IMG/VR virus record: IMGVR_UViG_3300021399_000096
DNA: 64,000 nucleotides
Strand: one strand, 5' to 3'
Origin: a virus
Lineage: Duplodnaviria > Heunggongvirae > Uroviricota > Caudoviricetes
A program made the translations under genes and the position numbers. Below, one piece after another: positions 42,400-51,536 of the stretch. The first letter of the stretch is position 1. Each line of letters starts with the position of its first letter. The notes under the pieces are model-generated. The model did not search any database, was not told the DNA's origin, and saw only the letters and a list, made by a program, of their open reading frames with translations.

Positions 42400-44388
42400 A
42401 TGGATAACAATATTGAAAAATATCAAAGTAAAGAATTAGTTACAAGAGACGCGCAGATTGCAAATGCTCTTGAAACTCATCCAAAAGACTGGCAGAAGGA
42501 TATTCAGCCTGGCAATTATATTATTGATATGTCTTGGCATGATCCGCGTTGTTATCGTATTGTATCTATTGAACCAGAAAAAGACATCAAATTAGAATTT
42601 GAAAATGGTGAACGTAAAGAAATTGAATTAGATACATATCACCTTAATGTAAAGGGTGTAGGATTTGATCCATTTATAGATAAAGAATATGAAGTTGGTT
42701 CTGGAGGTTATAATCCTGAAAGAACCGAAGTTAGAGCATTGTCAATTAATGGCACAGATTATGGAAGAAATTATTTGGTTTTTAAAAATAAAGAGGAATT
42801 AGTTGCATATGTAAATCGAGGTATGGATGCAATTAATGGTAAAGATGATGAGTTTTTACAAACAGATAATATAAGTGATGATGACACCAACGAGGAAAGT
42901 ACAGCGCTTGTTAGTATGTCTGCATCAAAACAAACATATTTAAATGCACAAAATACTACACTTGCTCTTAAAGAAGAAATGGATCGAAAGCTCGCTATTG
43001 TTAAAATGTGTATTGCAGAACAACGTGAAAAAGTTGAAGCAATACAACGTAAATATAGAGATGCAATAATGGTTGTTGAACGTAAGTTGACACGTATTCG
43101 CAGGGTTCTTGGTCAGCTTGAATTGTATACAGGTGTCAATGAAGATGTTATTCAAATTCAAGAAGGTACGCCTGCGCCGATTGATGAACCTATTCAATTC
43201 TTCCAAGAGGTTCTTTATATGGATGAAGAGGTTGGTGATTGGAAAGATGGCGGTCTTGATTTTACAAAAATTGAGCAATTTGACGAATGGCTTCTTAGAA
43301 ATAACCACCTTGATTTATTTGTATCTAAGAAAGGTGTTCGCGTATTCCGTGTTCGCAGAAATGGAAAACAAGGCGGTGAAATTAAATATGGACATCATTA
43401 TGTTTATAATCCATATTTAATAAATGAATTAGATGAGAATGATGTAAAAACATATATTATTGTTAGAAACGGCGATAACGTATATCGAATTTGGGCAGAT
43501 TTAATTATCCATCCATATTTGTTTCCAAAGCAAGATGAGCTTCAAAAACTTGTAGATGAATTGGAGAAGGAAGGTATACACTATATAAGAAAAAATAAAC
43601 AAGAACAAATTGAAGATTTTATAGACAGATATAAATTTAATTTCTGTTTACTTCAGGGTTTGCTTGATCATTCAGATGTTTTGGCTCCGCATAATCCAGT
43701 TAACCTATTCAAAGAAGGATTAGAATCTCCATATGTTGAATTTGTGTATGATGCCGAATATAAACGTGTTAGCGATGGACATCCTGATTATTGGCATTTT
43801 GTAACAGAAATTAATAAAGACATTAAAGTTGGTTCTCGTATATTATTTTTACAAAATTATGTAATGGGTGTTCAAGATCGTTTTGATGAAAGATATTATT
43901 CTTGGAACCGTGATAAAGATGACACATGGGGTCTTCCGAATGTTCCAGACACCGGTTTATATACGATAGAGAAAAATTCGCATGGTGATTTTGTAATTAA
44001 ATACATGCCAGATAAAACATGGCATTATGATCCAGATAGAAAAAACCGTATATCATTTAAGGTTTATACTGATGCGCGTGAAGTTCTTAATTATGATGCA
44101 TTAGATATTGAAACAGTAGAATATTACCTTAATAATAGAATTAATCGTGCAGATTATCTAAGCATTATGCCAATGTTGGAAAATGTTCATAAACAATTAT
44201 TAGAAGAAATGAAACAAGAGGAATCTTTTATACTATTATTAAAGGGACAAGTTCCTAATGTAAGTGACGAGCTTATTAAAGAAACCATTAAATGGTGGAA
44301 ACTTAAAAATAAGGTTAAACGTCCTATTACATCTAATGATGCATTGGCATATAAACAAATTTTAAACAAACTTCAAAAATTCAATTAA
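42400..44388 (+). CDS. Large hypothetical protein of 662 aa.
   Basis: Intact ORF immediately after the conserved element. Its central coiled-coil segment is visible. Confidence 0.45.
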   Translation: MDNNIEKYQSKELVTRDAQIANALETHPKDWQKDIQPGNYIIDMSWHDPRCYRIVSIEPEKDIKLEFENGERKEIELDTYHLNVKGVGFDPFIDKEYEVGSGGYNPERTEVRALSINGTDYGRNYLVFKNKEELVAYVNRGMDAINGKDDEFLQTDNISDDDTNEESTALVSMSASKQTYLNAQNTTLALKEEMDRKLAIVKMCIAEQREKVEAIQRKYRDAIMVVERKLTRIRRVLGQLELYTGVNEDVIQIQEGTPAPIDEPIQFFQEVLYMDEEVGDWKDGGLDFTKIEQFDEWLLRNNHLDLFVSKKGVRVFRVRRNGKQGGEIKYGHHYVYNPYLINELDENDVKTYIIVRNGDNVYRIWADLIIHPYLFPKQDELQKLVDELEKEGIHYIRKNKQEQIEDFIDRYKFNFCLLQGLLDHSDVLAPHNPVNLFKEGLESPYVEFVYDAEYKRVSDGHPDYWHFVTEINKDIKVGSRILFLQNYVMGVQDRFDERYYSWNRDKDDTWGLPNVPDTGLYTIEKNSHGDFVIKYMPDKTWHYDPDRKNRISFKVYTDAREVLNYDALDIETVEYYLNNRINRADYLSIMPMLENVHKQLLEEMKQEESFILLLKGQVPNVSDELIKETIKWWKLKNKVKRPITSNDALAYKQILNKLQKFN

Positions 44389-44542
44389 TATGAAGGTAGA
44401 ACAAATTGATGCAGAGTTTGCATTTAAAGAAATTCTTAATGAAATAATAAACAGTAAATTTGATATGTCTATTAATTTGAATCAAAAATTTAAAGAAAAA
44501 TTAAATTATTTTGGTACACAACGTTCAAATGATGATTAAACC

Positions 44543-44803
44543 ATGACAAAAGAAGAATTTAAAACGCTGAAAAGGGGAGATATTATCTCTAATAAATATG
44601 AAACTCATAAAGGTTCTATTTGTGGTTATGATTATTTAGTTGATTCTGATTATGTATGGGATGAAGTTAAACAGGATGGATATATTTTATATAGAATCAT
44701 TTTGGAAATTAATGGGAAAATTGAATATGGAAATCAAAATCAATTATATGAATCCGGAATAGAAAAATGTTTGAATATGCATATTAAAGTACATGGATTA
44801 TGA
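44543..44803 (+). CDS. Hypothetical protein.
   Basis: Intact ORF. Confidence 0.35.
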   Translation: MTKEEFKTLKRGDIISNKYETHKGSICGYDYLVDSDYVWDEVKQDGYILYRIILEINGKIEYGNQNQLYESGIEKCLNMHIKVHGL

Positions 44804-44919
44804 AAAAGGTAAAATTTGAATTTGAATTCCCTGTGTGGGTATTGGCAATTCTATATATTTTAGGTTGCGGGGCAATTGGAGCAATATTAGGTGTAATTGT
44901 GGGTTTATTTTTGGGTTAA
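44800..44919 (+). CDS. Small hydrophobic peptide of 39 aa, possibly a membrane protein.
   Basis: ATGA start/stop overlap with the upstream gene. The sequence is MKKVKFEFEFPVWVLAILYILGCGAIGAILGVIVGLFLG. Confidence 0.3.
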   Translation: MKKVKFEFEFPVWVLAILYILGCGAIGAILGVIVGLFLG

Positions 44920-44936
44920 AATAATTTAATAAAGTT

Positions 44937-45158
44937 ATGAAATATATTGTTGAATATCTTGAACAAGAAATGAATATTCATCCTATCGGTGATGTTACAT
45001 TTATACCATGTGCAGAGGGTGAAGAAGTTGGTTATACTATTGTTATTGGTGGAAAAACTACAACTCTTAATGTTTGGTGGACTGATTATGCTACATGGCT
45101 TGAAAAAAAGTTAAAAGAAGAAAAAAGCTATATGAAAATTACAGGGCCTAATAAATAA
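44937..45158 (+). CDS. Hypothetical protein.
   Basis: Intact ORF. Confidence 0.35.
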   Translation: MKYIVEYLEQEMNIHPIGDVTFIPCAEGEEVGYTIVIGGKTTTLNVWWTDYATWLEKKLKEEKSYMKITGPNK

Positions 45159-45163
45159 AAATT

Positions 45164-45745
45164 ATGAAGCATAAAATTACATTAAAAAATACATTAGCGC
45201 ATTTTAAGAAAATTTGTGTACATAAATTCTGGGTAGCATATTATTGCTTTAAGGCTGGATTGTATTGGCAAGGTATTACTCACGATTTGTCTAAATTTTC
45301 ATGGGTTGAATTTTGGGAATCTGTAAGATATTATCAAGGAACAAGTTCGCCAATCAATGTATGTAAGGCAGATAAAGGGTATTCATTAGCATGGCAGCAT
45401 CATAAAGGCCGTAATCCTCATCATTATGAATATTGGACAGATAGATATGATGAAGGCACGGTTTGCATAAAAATGCCCTATAAATATGCAGTTGAGATGG
45501 TTTGCGATTATATTGGTGCGGCAAAAGCATATCTTGGTAACAATTTTACATATAAAGGCGAATTTGAGTGGTGGGAAAACAAAAAGAAAATTGCAAAAAT
45601 GCATAAAGATACCGCACACTTTTTGACAGTGGTATTTAATGATTTAGCTGAAAAGGAAATATTAGGATTAGATCCTGAATCATACATTAATAAAAAATGT
45701 ATTAAAGAAATATGGGATTTTGCTGAGCTCAGAATACGTAAATAA
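45164..45745 (+). CDS. Hypothetical protein.
   Basis: Intact ORF. Confidence 0.4.
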   Translation: MKHKITLKNTLAHFKKICVHKFWVAYYCFKAGLYWQGITHDLSKFSWVEFWESVRYYQGTSSPINVCKADKGYSLAWQHHKGRNPHHYEYWTDRYDEGTVCIKMPYKYAVEMVCDYIGAAKAYLGNNFTYKGEFEWWENKKKIAKMHKDTAHFLTVVFNDLAEKEILGLDPESYINKKCIKEIWDFAELRIRK

Positions 45746-45894
45746 TAAAATTAAAATACAATAATTAATTATGGAATCTCAGTATTGTAAAATATGCAAC
45801 TTATTTAATAACTGCAAAAAATCAAAAAATTGTAGTTGTGAATTATTTGAAACTAATGTTAGTTTAAAACCTGAAAGAAAACAAAGAAATTATT

Positions 45895-45945
45895 AACTTC
45901 CATTTTTATTATTTTTACGTTGTAATTAAAAAATATTAACAATTT
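45895..45945 (+). promoter_or_regulatory. Conserved promoter-like element, copy 5 of 6 (degenerate).
   Basis: aacttccatttttattatttttacgttgtaattaaaaaata lies upstream of the ATG at 45961. Confidence 0.35.
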
Positions 45946-45960
45946 AAATAGTTTAAAATT

Positions 45961-46191
45961 ATGAATTGGAAAAACCCAGCAATAGATGAACCAGAACCCA
46001 ATAAAGATTATTTAGTTCGTATGTGGTTTAGAGATGGGTCTTATACTGATGTTGTTGAGACTTGGAGGCCGGCCTATCAAATTTGGTGTAATCAAGATAA
46101 AAGAGATACATGTGAACGTACGCGATATTGTGAAATACCTGAATTTGATGGTGAACCAGTAAGTACTTGGGCAATTAATTTTGAATATTAA
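45961..46191 (+). CDS. Hypothetical protein.
   Basis: Intact ORF. Confidence 0.35.
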   Translation: MNWKNPAIDEPEPNKDYLVRMWFRDGSYTDVVETWRPAYQIWCNQDKRDTCERTRYCEIPEFDGEPVSTWAINFEY

Positions 46192-46301
46192 GAAACTAAA
46201 AAAGAGAATAAGAATTATGAAAGAAGAACAAAAGTGGTTAAAAACATCAGAGCAATTACCAAAAAAAGGTTAATGGACGAATACGATCAAATGCAGTATT
46301 A

Positions 46302-46868
46302 GTGTCAATTACAGGAAATGATTGGACAGTTGCAGAATATCATTTTGGTGATAAACGTTGGATAAACTTGCTCGGTGAAAGAGAAACTATTGAACCAAAA
46401 TATTGGCAAGAAGTTAATTTACCTGAAGAAATTTTAAGTATGCAAAATAAAAATCAAGAATTTGTAAATACTGTTTGGGATAAAACAGTTGAGGATATAA
46501 GTAAAAATCCTGACATAAAGAATTGGTTTGATGGATTACATAGTGAAGACAAAGCTGCATTAGAAGCAATTACAAAAGGTATTGCAATGACAACAAGACA
46601 ACCCGAGTTGTTACCTATTGATATTGAAAACTGTCCGAAAGCTGATATAAAATATTTTGATTGTAAAATTATGGAAGATAATTTTATATTAACAATAGAA
46701 TGGAAAAATGCAGATGTTTATTTTCCAGAATTAGAAAATGAACCCATTATTTATTGTACTGCAAATAAAAAGATAGGAACTCTTAAATCAGTAGAAAATC
46801 ATTGGAGTTGGCTTAAAGAAAAATACAATATCAAATGGTGGTGTTATCAATGGAAAATAGTACCATAA
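46302..46868 (+). CDS. Hypothetical protein with a GTG start.
   Basis: Intact ORF. A short 18-codon uORF lies upstream. Confidence 0.35.
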   Translation: MSITGNDWTVAEYHFGDKRWINLLGERETIEPKYWQEVNLPEEILSMQNKNQEFVNTVWDKTVEDISKNPDIKNWFDGLHSEDKAALEAITKGIAMTTRQPELLPIDIENCPKADIKYFDCKIMEDNFILTIEWKNADVYFPELENEPIIYCTANKKIGTLKSVENHWSWLKEKYNIKWWCYQWKIVP

Positions 46869-46896
46869 TAATAATTATAAAAAGAGAAAATAAGAT

Positions 46897-47172
46897 ATGA
46901 CATTAACTGATTATAATAATTTATATTTGGAATTTTGTGAATTCGAAACTAAACCAATGTCTCTTGTATATGAAAAATTATCAACATTGACAGAAGGCAA
47001 AGATTATGATTTTGATTATGAAAAAGAACATTTATTTTGTGAACCAGAATATCCAGAAGATACAAAAGTAATTATTCATAGTTATAAATTTTATCTTGAT
47101 GATTATGATAAGCCTGCTTGCATGAGGTTTTGGTATGGCAATAATACTAAAATTTTAGGAGTTGTCGATTAA
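46897..47172 (+). CDS. Hypothetical protein.
   Basis: Intact ORF. Confidence 0.35.
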   Translation: MTLTDYNNLYLEFCEFETKPMSLVYEKLSTLTEGKDYDFDYEKEHLFCEPEYPEDTKVIIHSYKFYLDDYDKPACMRFWYGNNTKILGVVD

Positions 47173-47289
47173 TGAATGTAATAAACCGATTGAAACAAAA
47201 TATAAATAATAATTATAATAATAAATTGCGATAAAAATATCGTTGGTGGCGGAGAAAATAAAAATTAACAATTAAAAACATTTAAAATT

Positions 47290-48972
47290 ATGAGAAATTT
47301 ACTATCACAATCTAAAGACATGTCACATGAATATTGTGCCACTGTTGTTCAATTGGGTGAATTGACTCCAATTGAAGAAACTGATTTTCTCGCCACTGTA
47401 ATGGTTGAAGGTCGAGAAATTGTAGTTCGTAAAGATCGCGTTAAAGAGGGCGATATTATGATTTATGTATCTAATGAGTGTCAGCTTGATCAACTTTTTT
47501 TGCATTATAACAATGAGTTCCAGGATGAAGAGCTTAATGCAAATTATTCTGAAGTCCAAAAACATGTTGAGCAAATGAAATCTGAAGGTGCATCTGAAGA
47601 TGATATTAAATCATATATTGCAGCTAATCGTGGATACTTTGATAAGAAATGCCGTGTTCGTATGAAGCGAATTAAAGGTGTTATGTCAATGGGTTATCTT
47701 ATTTCACCTGATCAAATGAGCACATATAATGAACAATTTCTTATAGAGCATTTTGATTGGGCTCAACATATCGGTGAGGATTTTGATACTATTGATGGAG
47801 AACTATTTGTAAAGGCATATGTTCCTGAAGTTAAAGAAGAAAAACGTAGAAATCGAGTTGGACGATATGAAAAACAAATTAAAAAATATGATCGTATGAT
47901 TCCTGGACAATTTGCATTCCACTATGATACTCAACAACTTCAACGTGAGATTGGAAGATTGCAGCCTGAAACTTCAGTTGCAATTTCAGTAAAGCTTCAT
48001 GGAACATCAGCAATTTTTGGTAATGTAAAAGTTAATAAGCCGAAATATGGAGGGTTATATTCAAAACTATTTGTATATTTGCCAAAGTTCTTGCAATTTA
48101 CTACTGAAGATTATGATGTAATTTATAGTTCTCGTAGTGTAATTAAAAATCAAAATATGCTTGCAACTGTATATCAATACATTTATACTTGGTATAATCA
48201 TATTACACGTACGCTGCATTCATTGTTTAAGAAAAACAAACGTGTATTGAATGAAGACGGAACACCTAAAACTTTCTGGGATAAAATTAAAGATTTGTTT
48301 AAAAATCCTATTCAATCTAAAAAAGACGGTTTTTATGGAGTTGATGTATGGAAGCAATACTATGATATCCTTAAAGGTATTATTCCACAAGGAATGACTT
48401 TATATGGTGAAATTGTAGGCTATCTTCCTGACAGTACTTCTGGTATTCAATCTCTTGGAGGTAAGGTTTACGATTATGGTTGCAAACCAGGTGAGAATAA
48501 ACTTATGATTTATCGTATCAAACGAGTAATGGAAGATGGACAAGTATTTGAGTTCAACGTTCAAGATGTTCATGATTATACTGAGCGATCACTTATTTTT
48601 ACTCTTAAAGAGCTTGATAATATGCATGGAACTCATTATGCAGATCAAATTATTCCTATTCCGATTTTGTATAATGGAGATATGAAGAATTTGTATCCTG
48701 AAATTGATATTAAAAATCATTGGCATGAAAATATTTTGAATGCAATGAAATCCGATAAGAAATTCTGTATGGAAATGGATGAGCCATTGTGTAAAAACAA
48801 ACTTCCTCGCGAGGGCATTGTTCTTCGAATTAATGATGATCCAATGGCAGAGGCATTTAAACTTAAGTGCTTAAAGTTCCTCGGAAAAGAAGCAGAAGAT
48901 ATTGATAAAGGACGTTCTAATGATATTGAAATGCAAGAACGATACACGGACGATTCTTCTGAAGAAAATTAA
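47290..48972 (+). CDS. RNA ligase, T4 Rnl2-like nucleotidyltransferase domain, with an N-terminal extension of about 230 aa.
   Basis: SVKLHGTSAIFGN is motif I (KxHGT, as in Rnl2 KIHGTN). EGIVLRIND is motif IV (EGYVLK). AFKLKC is motif V (K-x-K). Confidence 0.6.
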   Translation: MRNLLSQSKDMSHEYCATVVQLGELTPIEETDFLATVMVEGREIVVRKDRVKEGDIMIYVSNECQLDQLFLHYNNEFQDEELNANYSEVQKHVEQMKSEGASEDDIKSYIAANRGYFDKKCRVRMKRIKGVMSMGYLISPDQMSTYNEQFLIEHFDWAQHIGEDFDTIDGELFVKAYVPEVKEEKRRNRVGRYEKQIKKYDRMIPGQFAFHYDTQQLQREIGRLQPETSVAISVKLHGTSAIFGNVKVNKPKYGGLYSKLFVYLPKFLQFTTEDYDVIYSSRSVIKNQNMLATVYQYIYTWYNHITRTLHSLFKKNKRVLNEDGTPKTFWDKIKDLFKNPIQSKKDGFYGVDVWKQYYDILKGIIPQGMTLYGEIVGYLPDSTSGIQSLGGKVYDYGCKPGENKLMIYRIKRVMEDGQVFEFNVQDVHDYTERSLIFTLKELDNMHGTHYADQIIPIPILYNGDMKNLYPEIDIKNHWHENILNAMKSDKKFCMEMDEPLCKNKLPREGIVLRINDDPMAEAFKLKCLKFLGKEAEDIDKGRSNDIEMQERYTDDSSEEN

Positions 48973-48975
48973 ATG

Positions 48976-49004
48976 AAGGGTGGGTAATTCCACCTTTTAT
49001 TTTT
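48976..49004 (+). terminator. Rho-independent terminator.
   Basis: Stem aagggtgg / ccaccttt with loop gtaatt, followed by tttatttttt. Confidence 0.55.
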
Positions 49005-49062
49005 AACTTCTATTTTTTAATTTAAGAAAAAAGTATTAATTTTGCATCGTAATTAAAAAAGA
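49005..49062 (+). promoter_or_regulatory. Conserved promoter-like element, copy 6 of 6.
   Basis: aacttctattttttaatttaagaaaaaagtattaattttgcatcgtaattaaaaaaga lies upstream of the ATG at 49090. Confidence 0.5.
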
Positions 49063-49089
49063 TAGTATTAACATTTAAATATTAAAAGT

Positions 49090-49239
49090 ATGAAAACCCT
49101 TAAATTTTTAAGTCTTATAACAATTGCAATTTCTATTTTTGCTATTGGATGTTTTTTAATAGATAAAGAATGGCAATCAGCCGCATGGACAGCAAATACA
49201 TTATTTTGGGCTTTTGTATTTTTTATTTTAAGTAAATAA
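49090..49239 (+). CDS. Small membrane protein of 49 aa.
   Basis: MKTLKFLSLITIAISIFAIGCFLIDKEWQSAAWTANTLFWAFVFFILSK has two hydrophobic segments. It is the first ORF after the conserved element. Confidence 0.3.
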   Translation: MKTLKFLSLITIAISIFAIGCFLIDKEWQSAAWTANTLFWAFVFFILSK

Positions 49240-49256
49240 TTTTAATTTTATATAAA

Positions 49257-49625
49257 ATGATACAAAACATATTTTTTGATAACTCATTTAGATTATTGTC
49301 TGAGATAATTAAGTGGTATGAAGATGGTTCATTTATTGCAGATGACCAATATAATATTCCGGAAGTGTTATCACATCTTTCTGATGATGATTTCAAAATA
49401 ATGTTCTATGGAGGACTTATTAGAATATTTGGTGTACAAGATAATAAAGGATATGTGCATATTAATAAAAATGATATTGAAAAATTAATTGCCTTTAAAA
49501 ATGACTCAAATATAAACATAGGTGAACGAAATCTGAGAGCAAGAACAACGGTTCAATGTGTTTTCATTGATTATAACAGTGATGAAGATATAAAGAAACA
49601 TTTTTTTGAACGTATTTTAAAATAA
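49257..49625 (+). CDS. Hypothetical protein.
   Basis: Intact ORF. Confidence 0.4.
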   Translation: MIQNIFFDNSFRLLSEIIKWYEDGSFIADDQYNIPEVLSHLSDDDFKIMFYGGLIRIFGVQDNKGYVHINKNDIEKLIAFKNDSNINIGERNLRARTTVQCVFIDYNSDEDIKKHFFERILK

Positions 49626-49627
49626 TT

Positions 49628-49999
49628 ATGGCTAATCAATCATTTTACGATATGAAAGATGTTCCTCAATTTCAAGAGGATGTTTGTAAGAAAACATGCA
49701 TAATGAAAGGTAAATGCATTGAAGAGGGGCAAGATACGCATTGGTTTTTAATGTGCCCGCACTATCATAGTTGGAAACTTGGTTATGGAAGTTTTGTATG
49801 GGACCAAATTCAATGGGAACGTGAACATCCTAAGGAAGCTGAACAAAAACATAAAGAACTTGTAGAAAGAGCAAAGGAGTGGGGTGATAAACAACGAAAG
49901 TTGAAACGTGAAGCTAAGGCTAAAGAAAAAGCAGAAAAGATTGCTAAAGGTGAAATTGAAGAAAAACCAAAGAAAACAAGAACTAAAAAATCAAAATAA
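49628..49999 (+). CDS. Hypothetical protein with a highly charged K/E-rich C-terminus.
   Basis: Intact ORF. Confidence 0.4.
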   Translation: MANQSFYDMKDVPQFQEDVCKKTCIMKGKCIEEGQDTHWFLMCPHYHSWKLGYGSFVWDQIQWEREHPKEAEQKHKELVERAKEWGDKQRKLKREAKAKEKAEKIAKGEIEEKPKKTRTKKSK

Positions 50000-50000
50000 T

Positions 50001-50303
50001 ATGAAGAAAATTTTTATTTTAATAAGTATTTTATTTGCAATGGTTTCTTGCAGTGAACAACCTGATACGAATATATATCATGAAGTTGAAAAAACAAATG
50101 ATGTATATAAAGTAAAAGCAGATATTATTAATGTAAATGAACAATACGGAGACCTTTGTCTTAGAACTGTAGTTATTGATAGTTGTGAGTATCTTATTGG
50201 TAATAGATACGAGCCGGGTACTGGCTATGGATATTTGGCTCACAAAGGCAATTGTAAATACTGTGCAGAACGTAGAAAACGCGAATTACAAAATCTTAAA
50301 TAA
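50001..50303 (+). CDS. Small lipoprotein.
   Basis: Signal peptide MKKIFILISILFAMVSC with lipobox. The track ORF 49908-50303 is an upstream read-through of the same frame. Confidence 0.45.
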   Translation: MKKIFILISILFAMVSCSEQPDTNIYHEVEKTNDVYKVKADIINVNEQYGDLCLRTVVIDSCEYLIGNRYEPGTGYGYLAHKGNCKYCAERRKRELQNLK

Positions 50304-50305
50304 TT

Positions 50306-50923
50306 ATGAAAGAAATTAATAACTTTGACAAACTAAGACGATTCCTTTGTGATGACACTACATTTGTAGCAGATAATAAGAAATCCATTATTTGGATTTG
50401 GGTTGTTATGCGTGCAAAGGATAACACAGAACATAAAGAGCGAACTATTAAATCTTATCATATTCAAAGTCTTGAGGATTTTGATTATAAAAAAGATGAG
50501 ATTATTGAACTTTGTAAGCATTATCAGTGCCGGGCATATATTTGTGTTAATCCGAAACCAATTCTTAATGTTCTTTTTTCGTTGCAATCTATTGTAATGG
50601 AAAATATTAAGAATGAGGTTAATGGCGGTTCTTCAATGCTTCTTAAAGGAATGCTTGATTCTGCTGTTATGAAATCCGGTTCGAACGGAAACAAATTTTG
50701 GGTTATTGATGTTGATTCTGAAGATGAAACAATTCAAATTGAAATTATTAATAAAGTAAATCGTGCACAATCCGGACATGACTATAATATTATTGAATGT
50801 GTAAAAACAGTTCATGGTGTGCATTTTATTACACATCCATTTGATACTAGAGTTTTGGAAGGTACTGGTGTCGAAGCTAAAAAAGAAGGTTTAACTTTGC
50901 TTTATGCATATTTAAATAAGTAA
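50306..50923 (+). CDS. Hypothetical protein.
   Basis: Intact ORF. Confidence 0.4.
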   Translation: MKEINNFDKLRRFLCDDTTFVADNKKSIIWIWVVMRAKDNTEHKERTIKSYHIQSLEDFDYKKDEIIELCKHYQCRAYICVNPKPILNVLFSLQSIVMENIKNEVNGGSSMLLKGMLDSAVMKSGSNGNKFWVIDVDSEDETIQIEIINKVNRAQSGHDYNIIECVKTVHGVHFITHPFDTRVLEGTGVEAKKEGLTLLYAYLNK

Positions 50924-50929
50924 TAAATT

Positions 50930-51133
50930 ATGTCAACGAATTGGAAAATATTTTTAGGTATTGTATTTGTTATAATTGGAATTCTATTATTTATGATTTT
51001 TGAAATTGCAATAGATAGCCATAATATTGCTATTGAAAACCAAAATAAAGTAGATTCACTTGAACATAAGATTGTTTTATTAGAAGAAATGCAAAAACAA
51101 AATACAACAATTAAAGTAATAATGGTGAAGTAA
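50930..51133 (+). CDS. Small membrane protein.
   Basis: TM helix IFLGIVFVIIGILLFMIFEIAI. Confidence 0.35.
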   Translation: MSTNWKIFLGIVFVIIGILLFMIFEIAIDSHNIAIENQNKVDSLEHKIVLLEEMQKQNTTIKVIMVK

Positions 51134-51136
51134 GTT

Positions 51137-51499
51137 ATGACAAAGCCAGAAAAAACAATGGAACAATTCGAGAAATTATCTCAAGATAAAAAAGATAGAA
51201 TTGTAAAACATCATCTTGAAAGACTTGAACAAGAAGCTAAGAATATTGAAAAGAGAGAACAATTGTTAGCAGATCCAAACCAAAATAAACTAGCAAAAGA
51301 ACTTCAAAACCGATTGGTTCAATGTTGTATTGACTATATTAAAGAAACTGGAGATACAAATATTGATCGAGTAACATTTACTGTAGATGCATTGCAAGAA
51401 TCTTCAAAATATGGAAGTTGGCAACCATGCACGGATTCTACATGTGAATTAGAAAAATTGACAGATGATGGATATGAAACTATAAGTTTTAGTGCGTAA
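51137..51499 (+). CDS. Hypothetical protein.
   Basis: Intact ORF. Confidence 0.4.
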   Translation: MTKPEKTMEQFEKLSQDKKDRIVKHHLERLEQEAKNIEKREQLLADPNQNKLAKELQNRLVQCCIDYIKETGDTNIDRVTFTVDALQESSKYGSWQPCTDSTCELEKLTDDGYETISFSA

Positions 51500-51502
51500 G
51501 AA

Positions 51503-51536
51503 AAGGTTGAAAAATTAATTCCAACCTTTGTTTTTT
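51503..51536. terminator. Bidirectional terminator hairpin between convergent genes.
   Basis: Stem aaggttg / caacctt flanked by an A-run upstream and a T-run downstream. Confidence 0.55.

Noticed and set aside
46217-46304. Possible programmed frameshift at the A7 run (ccaaaaaaagg) linking an 18-codon uORF to the ORF starting at 46302.
   Set aside because: The frame change required is +1 rather than -1, so the A-run is not a standard slippery heptamer for it. The downstream ORF has its own GTG start. Treated as a uORF plus an independent gene.
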